DNA from: an uncultured Thermoprotei archaeon
Lineage (GTDB): Archaea > Thermoproteota > Thermoprotei > Thermofilales > B15-G2
DNA: 33,362 bases
Reading direction: 5' to 3'
NCBI GenBank assembly: GCA_965367815.1
Contig: CBDUKN010000026.1
Coordinates: 1-33,362 of the forward strand
Positions within the stretch are counted from its first letter, which is position 1. Every line of letters starts with the position of its first letter. Both the position numbers and the translations under genes were made by a program. Positions 1 through 8,766 of this stretch are shown here, in pieces. The notes beneath the pieces are model-generated. The model did not search any database and was not told the origin of the DNA. It saw only the letters and a program-made list of their open reading frames with translations.

Positions 1-1
1 T

Positions 2-71
2 AATGATACGGCGACCACCGAGATCTACACCGTCTAATTCGTCGGCAGCGTCAGATGTGTATAAGAGACAG
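2..71 (+). other. Illumina sequencing adapter (P5 + i5 index + Nextera read-1/mosaic end); artefact
   Basis: Exact AATGATACGGCGACCACCGAGATCTACAC (2-30), 8-nt index CGTCTAAT (31-38), TCGTCGGCAGCGTCAGATGTGTATAAGAGACAG (39-71). Confidence 0.99.
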
Positions 72-162
72 TAGCTGGGTTATAGGCGTTGTTTTGAGAA
101 AATATTGCCGCTAACTACGTACCGTAATGGTATTTGACGAATACAGCTAGCCAACTTATTGT

Positions 163-266
163 AGTACTGGTTGGTACTAGTTAGTACCTGTGAAGGGATT
201 AGGTACTAGTTAGTACTAATTAGTACTGAGAGAAGTTTTAAGTACTAGTTGGTACTAATTGGTACT
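163..266. repeat. Three 26-bp quasi-palindromic units with 39-bp period, each holding three GTAC cores 10 bp apart
   Basis: GTAC at 164/174/184, 203/213/223, 242/252/262; units 163-188, 202-227, 241-266 (consensus RGTACTRGTTRGTACTARTTRGTACY). Confidence 0.92.
230..243 (+). promoter_or_regulatory. Putative BRE/TATA promoter of the RHH gene, between repeat units 2 and 3
   Basis: GAGAAGTTTTAAGT, roughly 25-30 nt upstream of GTG at 267, which fits a leaderless archaeal transcript. Confidence 0.5.
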
Positions 267-548
267 GTGAAATCGGGTGGTAAGCGTAGGTATAGGCAAG
301 TTAAGTTTTATCTTGATGAAAGTGAGTATGATAGACTCAAGAGTTTAGCTGATGAGCTTGGTGAGAGTCCTGCTTCTCTTGCTAAGAAAATTGTGCTTGA
401 GTACTTGGGGTTGAGTGAATCTGCTAGTTTGCTGAAAAGAGTGTGTGATTTGGAAGAAAAGTATGAGAGATTAGTTAGAGAGCTTGGGCGTGTGGAGAGG
501 GAGGTAGCTTATCTCATGAGGGTCGTTAAGTCTAAGAGAGGGAGCTAG
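267..548 (+). CDS. Ribbon-helix-helix (CopG-like) DNA-binding protein with C-terminal coiled coil
   Basis: RQVKFYLDESEYDRLKSLADELGESPASLAKKIVLEYL has the RHH beta-alpha-alpha pattern, followed by heptads (LLKRVCDLEEKYERLVRELGRVEREV). Start placed at GTG 267 rather than TTG 249, which lies inside the repeat. Confidence 0.75.
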   Translation: MKSGGKRRYRQVKFYLDESEYDRLKSLADELGESPASLAKKIVLEYLGLSESASLLKRVCDLEEKYERLVRELGRVEREVAYLMRVVKSKRGS

Positions 549-2111
549 TTGAAGTTAGGTGAAGTAAAGTCGATTTTAGCTCCTTTTAATCCCTGGTGGA
601 GTAATCCTCACTGGAGCCGTAGTGACCCTCTTCTTAGTGCAGCGAGAAGATCTATTTTACGTAAGCCTCCGAGACTCTTTTACCACATTAGTAAGAGACT
701 GCCCATGTACGGGTACTATGGAATAGTGACAATAAGGGGGCCGAGGCGAGTAGGCAAAACGACTTTAATTAAAATGGTTATAGAAGAGCTTATTTCGAGG
801 AACCGTATAGATCCTAAGAAAATATTCTATGTTCCACTAGACTATAAGAAGCTTAGAAAAATCGATTTATTTGAATTAATTGAAGCAATTGCAAGATTTT
901 CTGGAGAAAAGTATGTTTTCATAGACGAGGCATCTATGTACAAAGAGTGGGCTCTTGTTCTGAAAAATGTTGTTGATGCAGGGCTCGTAGAACAAGGGCG
1001 GCTCAAAACAGTGGTCACAGGAAGCCACTCTATGGATTTAGCTGATGCGGCAAGCAAGCTACGGGGAAGACAAGGTCGTTTAGCGTCTAAATTCAATCTC
1101 GGAGGAAACTTAGTGCACACGCCTCTCCGCTTCATAGAAGTTCTTGAAGCACTTAAACCAAACATAGACGACTACTTGAGGAAACATAATCTCAGAAAAC
1201 CCAGCGAAAGATTCAGTATACTTCTCGAGCTAAAGAAAGGCAATATACCTAGACAACTCGAAGAATTCTACAGCGAGTTCATGGCACTACTAGAAGAATC
1301 TTTTAACAGCTACTTACTGCACGGAGGATTCCCCAAGGCTATAGACCAGTATCATAGAGAAGAAGTAATAGACTCTACTTTCTACCACGATTTCGGTAAC
1401 CTCATAATATCGGATAGTGAGAACGCAGGATTAAGCCCCGAGAACACTAGACGTGTAATAGAGTTTCTTACAGAACCCTCTAGATTATCATCTACTATAG
1501 GTCTTGAGAAAAGAGAGAATATAGGGAAACTTGTTGTCAGAGTAGATCAAGAAGGTTTTCCTCAAGCTAAATTCCGGCTCGGAGAATACCTCGAGTACCT
1601 TGAGACTACGCGAATATTCTTTTTCCCTTATCGCGAAGATAAGTCCAAAAAATGTACACCTAACTATAGAGCAGACCGCAAAATATATGTACTAGACCCA
1701 TTCGCCTACTTTGCGCTCAGAAGCCACGTAGAGAACGAAGCAGATCCTCTAGGCTTCTCCATAAATCTTCTTAAAGACGAAGGCTTTAAGGGAAGACTTG
1801 TAGAAAGCATTGTAGCAGCGCACCTGATAATGGCTCAACAGTTCTTCGAGCACGTTCCTTCAGTAGACTACCACAAAGTACTATTTTACTTCAGAAAAGA
1901 CAGTGAAACTGACTACATTATTTGTATGCAGCGGCAAGGAATAAAATACAGGTTTGTCGTGGAGTCAAAGTATCGAAGAAGAATTCCAGGAGTATCAGAC
2001 GCTAATATAGTATTAACTAAAGACAAGCTTGAAGAAAAAGCAATAGAAGGAGAAAAGAAAGTAAAGAAACAAGTACATATTCCAGTAGAGCTTTTCTTAG
2101 TATTATTTTAA
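549..2111 (+). CDS. AAA+ ATPase, AAA_14/DUF4143 (COG1373-like) family
   Basis: N-terminal NPWW, Walker A GPRRVGKTT, Walker B VFIDE, TGS sensor, YLLHGGFP, KIYVLDP, C-terminal ETDY...VESKY; abuts the RHH stop codon. Confidence 0.88.
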   Translation: MKLGEVKSILAPFNPWWSNPHWSRSDPLLSAARRSILRKPPRLFYHISKRLPMYGYYGIVTIRGPRRVGKTTLIKMVIEELISRNRIDPKKIFYVPLDYKKLRKIDLFELIEAIARFSGEKYVFIDEASMYKEWALVLKNVVDAGLVEQGRLKTVVTGSHSMDLADAASKLRGRQGRLASKFNLGGNLVHTPLRFIEVLEALKPNIDDYLRKHNLRKPSERFSILLELKKGNIPRQLEEFYSEFMALLEESFNSYLLHGGFPKAIDQYHREEVIDSTFYHDFGNLIISDSENAGLSPENTRRVIEFLTEPSRLSSTIGLEKRENIGKLVVRVDQEGFPQAKFRLGEYLEYLETTRIFFFPYREDKSKKCTPNYRADRKIYVLDPFAYFALRSHVENEADPLGFSINLLKDEGFKGRLVESIVAAHLIMAQQFFEHVPSVDYHKVLFYFRKDSETDYIICMQRQGIKYRFVVESKYRRRIPGVSDANIVLTKDKLEEKAIEGEKKVKKQVHIPVELFLVLF

Positions 2112-2179
2112 TATTTGCTTAACTACAAAAAAGTTGAATAAAGTACTTCCACATGTGTAAGTCTGGCAACTAATAGTTG

Positions 2180-2591
2180 ATGAGTGTACTTGGGTTCATT
2201 AATTGAGGAATTGTCGCAAGGTATCATCAGAAGCTTGATTCTTTGTGATTGTTAATTACTCGTTCTTTATTCCTCGAGAAATGTCTGGTAAGAAGGTAAG
2301 TGATTGGACAGACATAGATATACTAACATATAATGGAGAAGAACTACACATAGTTCAATGTAAACCATTCTTAGACAGAAGTAAGCCAAAAAAGAAGCAG
2401 AAAAGATACTCCAGTGGTTCAATATAACAGAAAGCTACATCAAGAACGACCCTTAAATAAAAACTATTGTTAGTCAACATAAACATAAAATAGTTAAAAG
2501 AATAGTATTACAGACACCGTAGCCCAAAAGAGCCATAAAAGTACTAAAAGAAAATAAAATATAAATAATAACTTTAAAAGAATTCTATTAG
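2180..2591 (+). pseudogene. Degraded PD-(D/E)xK (Mrr/restriction endonuclease-like) nuclease
   Basis: ORF 2245-2427 has TDIDIL...IVQCK. Adjacent frames give IVARYHQKL upstream and KEAEKILQWFNITESYIKNDP*IKTIV...TP*PKRAIKVLKENKI* downstream, i.e. frameshifts and internal stops. Confidence 0.65.
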
Positions 2592-2632
2592 GTACAATAT
2601 TAGTTATTTCATAGCTTAAGTCATTAAGTGGA

Positions 2633-3823
2633 CTATATTATTTCAATTTTAATGTTAGTAATGCAAGCAGAAGACTGCCTAAGACATAGACTATGAATAT
2701 AGTGACTAGGATTATAACTCCACAAAGATGCTCCAATAATAGGCGTAATTATCATTAAGAAGCCCATTAAGCTACTCATTCCACCATAAAAAGATCCAAG
2801 AATATTACGAGGACATTTCTTACCAATATAAGACGAATATGAAATATAGTATAGTGGAGACAAAATTTCATTTAATGCAAAAATAAGTAAACCTAATAAA
2901 GGATTTAATGTACCTATAAATAAAAATATTGTCATTAAAAATACACCCACAGTGAAGCATGTCAAAAATACTTTCTTTTCCCCTATTTTATCTACAATAA
3001 ACCCTACTGGAATCTGTAAAAATATTTCAGATAACTCTATAGCAGAATACAACATACCAATAAATACTATATCAATACCTAAAACATTAGCAAAATAATA
3101 TGCTTTAAACGGATTAACAACAAGATTAATAAAAGAATATAGAATAACAATTAAAACAAATATTTTCATACTTATAAATGCTTTATAAAAGAAGAAAATA
3201 TTCTTTCTAAAAAGAGAAGCTATTTGTTTAAATACATTTATACGGCTGTCTTCCTTTTTAGATAGTGTTTCAGTTAAAGCTGTTCTTAAAAAAGCACATA
3301 TTATCAGCAGACTTAACATTATTATTACCACTATTTTAAGTCCATAAAGTTTCAGAATTAATGGGAAAAGAATCGAAGATACTGTAAGCGAAACTGATAT
3401 AGTAAGCCTGGAAATAGACACAATTTTACCTAATAATTCTTTTTTGTTGACTGATTTTATTAGTAGGGAAAACATGGCCGGGCTTTCAATTCCAAGAAGT
3501 CTTACACCAATAGATGCTAGTAAAAGTGTACTCCAGTTCAAAGGAAAACATAAAGGAGATATTAGCACTAGACTTACCAAAGGAATAATTATCGAAATTT
3601 TCTTAGCTTCTACAGTATCTGCTATTAATCCAGAGGCAAACATTAATGCATCAACTATTCTTGAAATAGAGTAGATTATAGCAATGCCTGCTGCACCATA
3701 ATGCTCCATAATTAGTAAACAAAGATACCAGTCAAGAAAGCCTATTATAAGAAATACAAAAAACCTAGATAAATATATTACTATGATATTGCTTAGTATA
3801 AATTTACTGTTATTAGTAGACAT
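2633..3823 (-). CDS. MFS transporter, probably frameshifted in the last TM helix
   Basis: Many hydrophobic helices; motif-A-like GLIADTVEAKK and GFIVDKIGEKK. After WSYNP (~2706) another frame reads VTIFIVYVLGSLLLALLTLKLK*, the expected final helix. Confidence 0.85.
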   Translation of the reverse strand: MSTNNSKFILSNIIVIYLSRFFVFLIIGFLDWYLCLLIMEHYGAAGIAIIYSISRIVDALMFASGLIADTVEAKKISIIIPLVSLVLISPLCFPLNWSTLLLASIGVRLLGIESPAMFSLLIKSVNKKELLGKIVSISRLTISVSLTVSSILFPLILKLYGLKIVVIIMLSLLIICAFLRTALTETLSKKEDSRINVFKQIASLFRKNIFFFYKAFISMKIFVLIVILYSFINLVVNPFKAYYFANVLGIDIVFIGMLYSAIELSEIFLQIPVGFIVDKIGEKKVFLTCFTVGVFLMTIFLFIGTLNPLLGLLIFALNEILSPLYYISYSSYIGKKCPRNILGSFYGGMSSLMGFLMIITPIIGASLWSYNPSHYIHSLCLRQSSACITNIKIEII

Positions 3824-4050
3824 TTATGAGTCCAAGGTCTTTAAGTTTTAGTAATGTGGCATTAAGGTCTTCTATTTCTTCTTTACTTAAATGAAGTTCT
3901 GATATTATTTCATCTAAAGTAAGTCCTTTTTTAATTAATTTTAGTACATGCATTAGATCCTTGGAAATCATCACGAAAAAAATTCTTTTTCTTATGGTAA
4001 AGTATTAGAGAATCTTTTTTAAGTAGATAACTATGTTCGTCATGTATAGG
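3813..4050 (-). pseudogene. Small winged-helix, PqqD/RRE-like domain, frameshifted
   Basis: Unlisted ORF 3974-3813 (VMISKDLMHVLKLIKKGLTLDEIISELHLSKEEIEDLNATLLKLKDLGLINVY*) overlaps the MFS start. Removing one base from the A7 run at 3976-3982 joins it to upstream SYLLKKDSLILYHKKKNFF. Confidence 0.5.
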
Positions 4051-4051
4051 T

Positions 4052-4396
4052 TCAGTTGCTTTTTTCGAGTTTACTATGTGGAGTAACTATTTCATTCCAA
4101 TATTTTAATGCACGTCCTTGAGAAATGATTATGTCTGGTGAAAGTTCTACATCAAGGTCTAATAGTACTTTTAAGTGTTTTCTTACAGTAGCTTCTTCTA
4201 AACATAGTACTTCTATGCAACCACTTGCCGACCTAAGGCAGCCTGATGTAATTTTTTCAAACGTGGTTTTATCAGCTCCATTCGGACCTATTAGCGCCAA
4301 TATTCTAGCACATGAAATAAAAGACACTCTATTTAGTGCTACAACCTTACCGTACTTTTTACATAATTCTACGGCTTCTATGAAAATTCTCTGCAT
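4052..4396 (-). pseudogene. Truncated ABC ATP-binding protein
   Basis: IEAVELCKKYGKVVALNRVSF...ALIGPNGADKTT (Walker A G->D); no signature motif or Walker B; only 114 aa. Confidence 0.75.
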
Positions 4397-4554
4397 GAAA
4401 ACAACCCCTTTATACTAGTATATCTTGAATTACTGTCAATATATTCTTACCTTTTATAGCCAATAATGTTGTCGAGATAAAGCTACAAGAAATCTCTCTT
4501 TTAGGCATAACGCTATAGCTAGTTCATTACTCATTTACTTCCTTATTAGCAGAA

Positions 4555-4656
4555 GTGTATGTAATTTTGAAGAAGTTTAAAGAAGCTCGTAAAACAACTT
4601 ATAGCGAAGCTATTAGAGCCATGTTAAAGAGAATAGAGTTCATAAGCTTATATTGA
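4555..4656 (+). pseudogene. Possible remnant of a VapB-type/RHH antitoxin
   Basis: (E)VYVILKKFKEARKTTYSEAIRAMLKRIE resembles the EVYxxLxxxK...SxSxxIxxL pattern; the N-terminal strand is missing. Confidence 0.25.
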
Positions 4657-4820
4657 AAGAAAATCTCTTTAAAACAGATCTACTTCATTCTCTCGTTAAA
4701 GCAAAAGCTTTATTTGTGTCAAAACTAAGGGTAGTGAATTATTTTACTGCTGTAACATAGGCATTAGAGGAAAAGCTATTTTATATCTATTTTATCTTTT
4801 ACAATAACGGAGAGCGTGTA

Positions 4821-5870
4821 ATGGAATCAATAGTTGTCGAAAATATTTCTAAATATTTTTGGGCTAGAGTTACAACTAGCGAAAGTAAGCCTAGTTGGTT
4901 TAAAAGACTTATTTTCGGGAATTCTCTTGCTAAGGAAGTAAGAGTAGCTAGAATTACTGCACTTAAGTCTGTTAGCTTTACTGTAGGTAAGGGAGAAATT
5001 TTCGGTATACTGGGTCCTAATGGATCGGGTAAAACTACTTTACTTAAAATACTTGCGACAGCCTTACTGCCAGATGAAGGTGATGCCTATATATGTGGCT
5101 ATAGTGTTGTTAAAGAGGCTTCTAAAGTAAGAAAACTTATTTCGACGAATTTCTCGCTTATAGTGAATTCTTTTTGGACTGCTCGGCAGGCTTTAGAGTA
5201 CTGGTGTACACTAAACGATGTCGATTCGGCAGAAGCTGTGCATAAAGTAAACGAAGTATTGGATGAAGTAGGTTTGTCTGAGAGAGCTGATGAAATTGTG
5301 GCAAGGTATTCTATGGGTATGCAAAGTAGGCTTTTCCTGGCTTCAAGTCTTATGCTAGATAGGGAGGTGTATTTGTTAGATGAGCCATTACTCGGGATAG
5401 ATCCTATTGCAGCTAAAGAGCTTAGAGAAACTATTAAGAGAAAAGCGAGAGAAGGTAAAACAGTAGTCTTGGCTACAAATTTAATTAGAGACGTAGAAGA
5501 GCTTTGTGATAAAGTCTGTGTGCTTTATAGAAGTAGGGTAGTAGCCTTAGAGTCTCCTGAAGTACTTAAGAAGACTATAGGAGCCTATGAATGTGTCTAC
5601 GTCACTCTATCTAGTCTAGATTCTAGTGTATTGCTGAAATTAACGGATTTTAATGAGGTATTAGATTTAAGTATAGTAAGGCAAGATAATTTACTTGAAA
5701 CAAAAATAATTACCAATGATACTATTAAAGTATTATATTTATTATTAGATTTAGTTAAATTAAATAAAGGAAAAATAATTAGTATTAAGATTGCAGAACC
5801 TATTTTGGAAGATGCTTTGATAGAGCTATTAAAGAAGAGGTGTGAGTATGAAAATCGAGAGACTGCTTAA
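4821..5870 (+). CDS. ABC exporter ATP-binding subunit (DrrA/ABC-2 type)
   Basis: GPNGSGKTT, YSMGMQ signature, YLLDEP; GGAG upstream. Confidence 0.93.
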   Translation: MESIVVENISKYFWARVTTSESKPSWFKRLIFGNSLAKEVRVARITALKSVSFTVGKGEIFGILGPNGSGKTTLLKILATALLPDEGDAYICGYSVVKEASKVRKLISTNFSLIVNSFWTARQALEYWCTLNDVDSAEAVHKVNEVLDEVGLSERADEIVARYSMGMQSRLFLASSLMLDREVYLLDEPLLGIDPIAAKELRETIKRKAREGKTVVLATNLIRDVEELCDKVCVLYRSRVVALESPEVLKKTIGAYECVYVTLSSLDSSVLLKLTDFNEVLDLSIVRQDNLLETKIITNDTIKVLYLLLDLVKLNKGKIISIKIAEPILEDALIELLKKRCEYENRETA

Positions 5871-6699
5871 GAAAATAGCTATTATGGTTCTAAGTGATAT
5901 TAGAGTTGTTTTCATATATCAGTATGACATATTGTTTCAGGTTCTAAATATTATAATAGGGATTGCTAGCTATTATTTTATATTCAAGTATTTTGTAGTT
6001 CAAAGTACAGCTAGTATTTATGGTCAGGATCCCTTATCGTTTATTATTTTGGGTATGGCTACTAATTCTCTGCTTATAACTGCTATGCACAGTTTTTATG
6101 CTGCCGTAAATAATGCTTATTATAGAAGAACTCTTGAGAAAATTCTCACTACGCCGACTAGCCCCTACGTGCTATTTATAGGCTCTGTTATTAGCAGTTT
6201 TCTACCCTCTATAGTTACTGCTGTCACGTATTTAGCAGCAGGTGTAGTATTTTTTGGAGCAAATTACGGTAGTTTAAGTAACGCTGGAATAGCGCTAAGT
6301 ATTCCTGCTCTAGGTGTACTATGTACTCTTGGCGTAGGAGTATTTGTAGCAGGAATGTTCTGTATATCGCCTATGTTTAGACAATTATCTAACTTCGTAA
6401 TGACCCTGGTGAATTTATTTGCGACCACTTTTACTGGAGCACTATTTCCGGTAGAAATATTACCTTGGTGGATTAAAATACTGTCTTATCTTTTCCCACA
6501 GACGTATACAATAGAACTTGTTAGACTAAGTCTCGTTTACGGCCTTAATGCAGTAAACCTCACTGAATTAACTAAGCTTATTTTAAGTGGTTTATTTTTC
6601 TCAATAATAGGAGTTATATTATTAAAGAAAGGCCTAAATAATATTAGAAAAGAAGGCTTCGTATTACCGGAAAAAGGAATAACATTAATTCTTTCATAA
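5848..6699 (+). CDS. ABC-2 type permease
   Basis: About 6 TM helices; TLEKILTTP and GALFPVEILPWWIKILSYLFPQTY motifs; overlaps the ATPase stop. Confidence 0.92.
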   Translation: MKIERLLKKIAIMVLSDIRVVFIYQYDILFQVLNIIIGIASYYFIFKYFVVQSTASIYGQDPLSFIILGMATNSLLITAMHSFYAAVNNAYYRRTLEKILTTPTSPYVLFIGSVISSFLPSIVTAVTYLAAGVVFFGANYGSLSNAGIALSIPALGVLCTLGVGVFVAGMFCISPMFRQLSNFVMTLVNLFATTFTGALFPVEILPWWIKILSYLFPQTYTIELVRLSLVYGLNAVNLTELTKLILSGLFFSIIGVILLKKGLNNIRKEGFVLPEKGITLILS

Positions 6700-6741
6700 A
6701 ACAACATAATTATAATATTTAATATAAATGATCTAGCCCAT

Positions 6742-6960
6742 ATGCTTTGCTCTGTTAAATTAAAGCTCGCTGGAATAGACCCAGTTACACTAAACATTTT
6801 CCTCTACAACGCCTACAGTATTAGAGGAGACTACACAGTACCGAAAGTACTAGTAAAAGGAGATATAGTCAAGAAAATAGAGTATGTTACAGATGCAGAA
6901 CAAAAGAAAATATTCAGTAAGCTCACAGCTCTAGCCAAAACCGCAGGCTCATTAAATTAA
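6742..6960 (+). CDS. Hypothetical 72-aa ORF, probably the 3' fragment of a longer gene
   Basis: Protein-like composition, and an A/C-rich DNA patch distinct from the AT-rich flanks; no recognised motif. Confidence 0.3.
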   Translation: MLCSVKLKLAGIDPVTLNIFLYNAYSIRGDYTVPKVLVKGDIVKKIEYVTDAEQKKIFSKLTALAKTAGSLN

Positions 6961-8228
6961 AACATAAATAAGTATAGTGCTAGTAAAATTAAAAGAATGT
7001 TTTCACTGAGACTAAGAATTCTGGCTATTCTTTGACGTTTCATCTTTAGTATAAATATTTTCTTTGATAAAATAGAGCACACAAGCAATATAAAAATCAA
7101 AGGCAGTACGAAAATTAGATTATATAGTAATAGTAAAGATAAAACTACTGTGAAAGAGCCTTTTCTCATATAATATAAGGCTACTAGATAAGGCCCCGCA
7201 CTACAAGGAAGAAGGAGCAAACTAACAATTACTCCAAACATAAAAGCTAAAGAAACACTTACCGTATGTTTAATGTCCTCGCGCAGTCTTTTCTTAATAA
7301 ATTTAGGTAATATACTGACATTATTCTCCTTTATTCCTTTTATTAAAGAATATATCCCCATAAATAATGTTAAAGACGCAATAATATACTTTATAGATAA
7401 ACTAAACATATTAATAATTTTTCACTAGATTTAATCCAATAAGCAAATACATAATATAAATAGCCGATATGAAGGATATCCCTGAAAAACCATGTTTCTC
7501 TTTCCAGCTGCGTGAAAAACTATAAGTAAGAGAGCCGTAAAGATAGAGAAAGTACAAGGATTAATTGAATCTATAAAAGCACATAAAAGTATTACAAATA
7601 GTGGTATCTCAGCTTTTTCCTGCTCTTTAAAATATTGTTTTGCAACAAGGGAGGGATCTTTAAATAGTTTTTCTAGTACTACTATTTGCTTCGAATTATT
7701 ATATTCGATTATATTATTACCATAAATTATGATTACACCACTTTTATTTTGATATACTCTGAATATGTACCTCAAATATTCTATACTGTAGTCCCCTACT
7801 ATAATAAATTTAAGTTTATCTTCTATAAATACTCCAGTTAAAGGTATCAATTTAGTAGAAGCATATGGAAGAATTATTTCGTATATTGTATGATACGCTT
7901 CAAGATTAGTTTTGTTTACAGAAATATCATAAAATACGACAGATGAATTAGCCTGAAGGCTAGATATCTTCTTTTTAAAATCAACACATGCTGGGCAATT
8001 AGTTGCGCCATAAATATAGATCTTAGGTCCAGGACTAGATATACACTCATTCAAAAATAATATACTAAATATTGCGAGTAAAGGCAGAGAAATCATAAAT
8101 TTATTTGCAGATACATTAAATGTTGTTCTATGACATTCTTTACCGGAAAATAAGACCCTATATTCGTGTCCTATTGTCATCAAATATTGTGTTAAGAGTG
8201 AGTATATATACTTTGCTTTATTATTCAC
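6957..8228 (-). pseudogene. Thioredoxin/glutaredoxin-fold + CcdA/DsbD-type transmembrane redox protein, split in two ORFs
   Basis: IYIYGATNCPAC and cis-Pro loop IPLT in the N-terminal domain; DSINPC (ORF 7431-8228) and LPCSAGPY (ORF 6957-7409). Both ORFs are in the same frame. Compensating single-base indels in the runs at 7485-7489 and 7418-7422 restore TM segment SGISFISAIYIMYLLIGLNLVK. Confidence 0.82.
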
Positions 8229-8241
8229 ATTCTCCTTGGGA

Positions 8242-8262
8242 GAAAAAAATTATATATTTTTG
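8242..8262. promoter_or_regulatory. Putative bidirectional TATA element
   Basis: GAAAAAAATTATATATTTTTG, centred about 26 nt from both divergent GTG starts (8228 minus, 8280 plus). Confidence 0.55.
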
Positions 8263-8279
8263 CAGAAATAAAGTAGAAC

Positions 8280-8741
8280 GTGACTGGAAAGAAAAATAAT
8301 GATGTAAAAATAGTGAGCGCGGCACTACTATTGTTCTTAGTAATGATATTAGCGACTCTACTGAATTATTCTACTTATAAATCACAACCAGTCATGCAGT
8401 CCTCAAGTATAGCAAGAAGTCCATGCTATCCTTGTCTCTCAAAACTATCGCCAACTATAAGACCTGAATCATACAATGTTACAGGATGCCATAATTGTAT
8501 AGGAAAATATACGCCTTGCCCACCTGGATACTATAAATGTTACTGGTGTGCAGAATACGATAAAGTAAAACTAGCAGAGTGTGCCTTAGTGTGCGGTTTC
8601 TGTATTCACGCATGCCTAGAGTGCGCTGGAGGCAACCTCGCTGCATGCGGAGAATGCATTTATTGTCTATCTAGAGAATGTCCTTGGTGTCTTAATGAAG
8701 CATGCAAGAGAGTTGACTGGTCTTGCTGTGAGCCACCTTAG
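8280..8741 (+). CDS. Secreted/membrane-anchored cysteine-rich protein (20 Cys); candidate halocin C8-like archaeocin precursor
   Basis: Basic N-terminus plus hydrophobic h-region (IVSAALLLFLVMILATLL), then 20 Cys in the last ~105 aa including CALVCGFCIHACLECAGGNLAACGECIYC. Confidence 0.7.
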   Translation: MTGKKNNDVKIVSAALLLFLVMILATLLNYSTYKSQPVMQSSSIARSPCYPCLSKLSPTIRPESYNVTGCHNCIGKYTPCPPGYYKCYWCAEYDKVKLAECALVCGFCIHACLECAGGNLAACGECIYCLSRECPWCLNEACKRVDWSCCEPP

Positions 8742-8766
8742 TAAAACTGATATCAGGGTGATAGTA

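Noticed and set aside
53-71. Tn5/IS50 transposon end
   Set aside because: Part of the Nextera adapter, contiguous with P5 and the index
163-266. Mini CRISPR array
   Set aside because: Spacers are only 13 bp and resemble each other, units are internally periodic, and no cas genes are present
8280-8741. Multiheme cytochrome c (given the CcdA-like neighbour) or ferredoxin
   Set aside because: No CxxCH heme motif and no canonical CxxCxxCxxxCP ferredoxin motif (CGECIYCLSRECP has a 4-residue gap); the signal peptide favours disulfides
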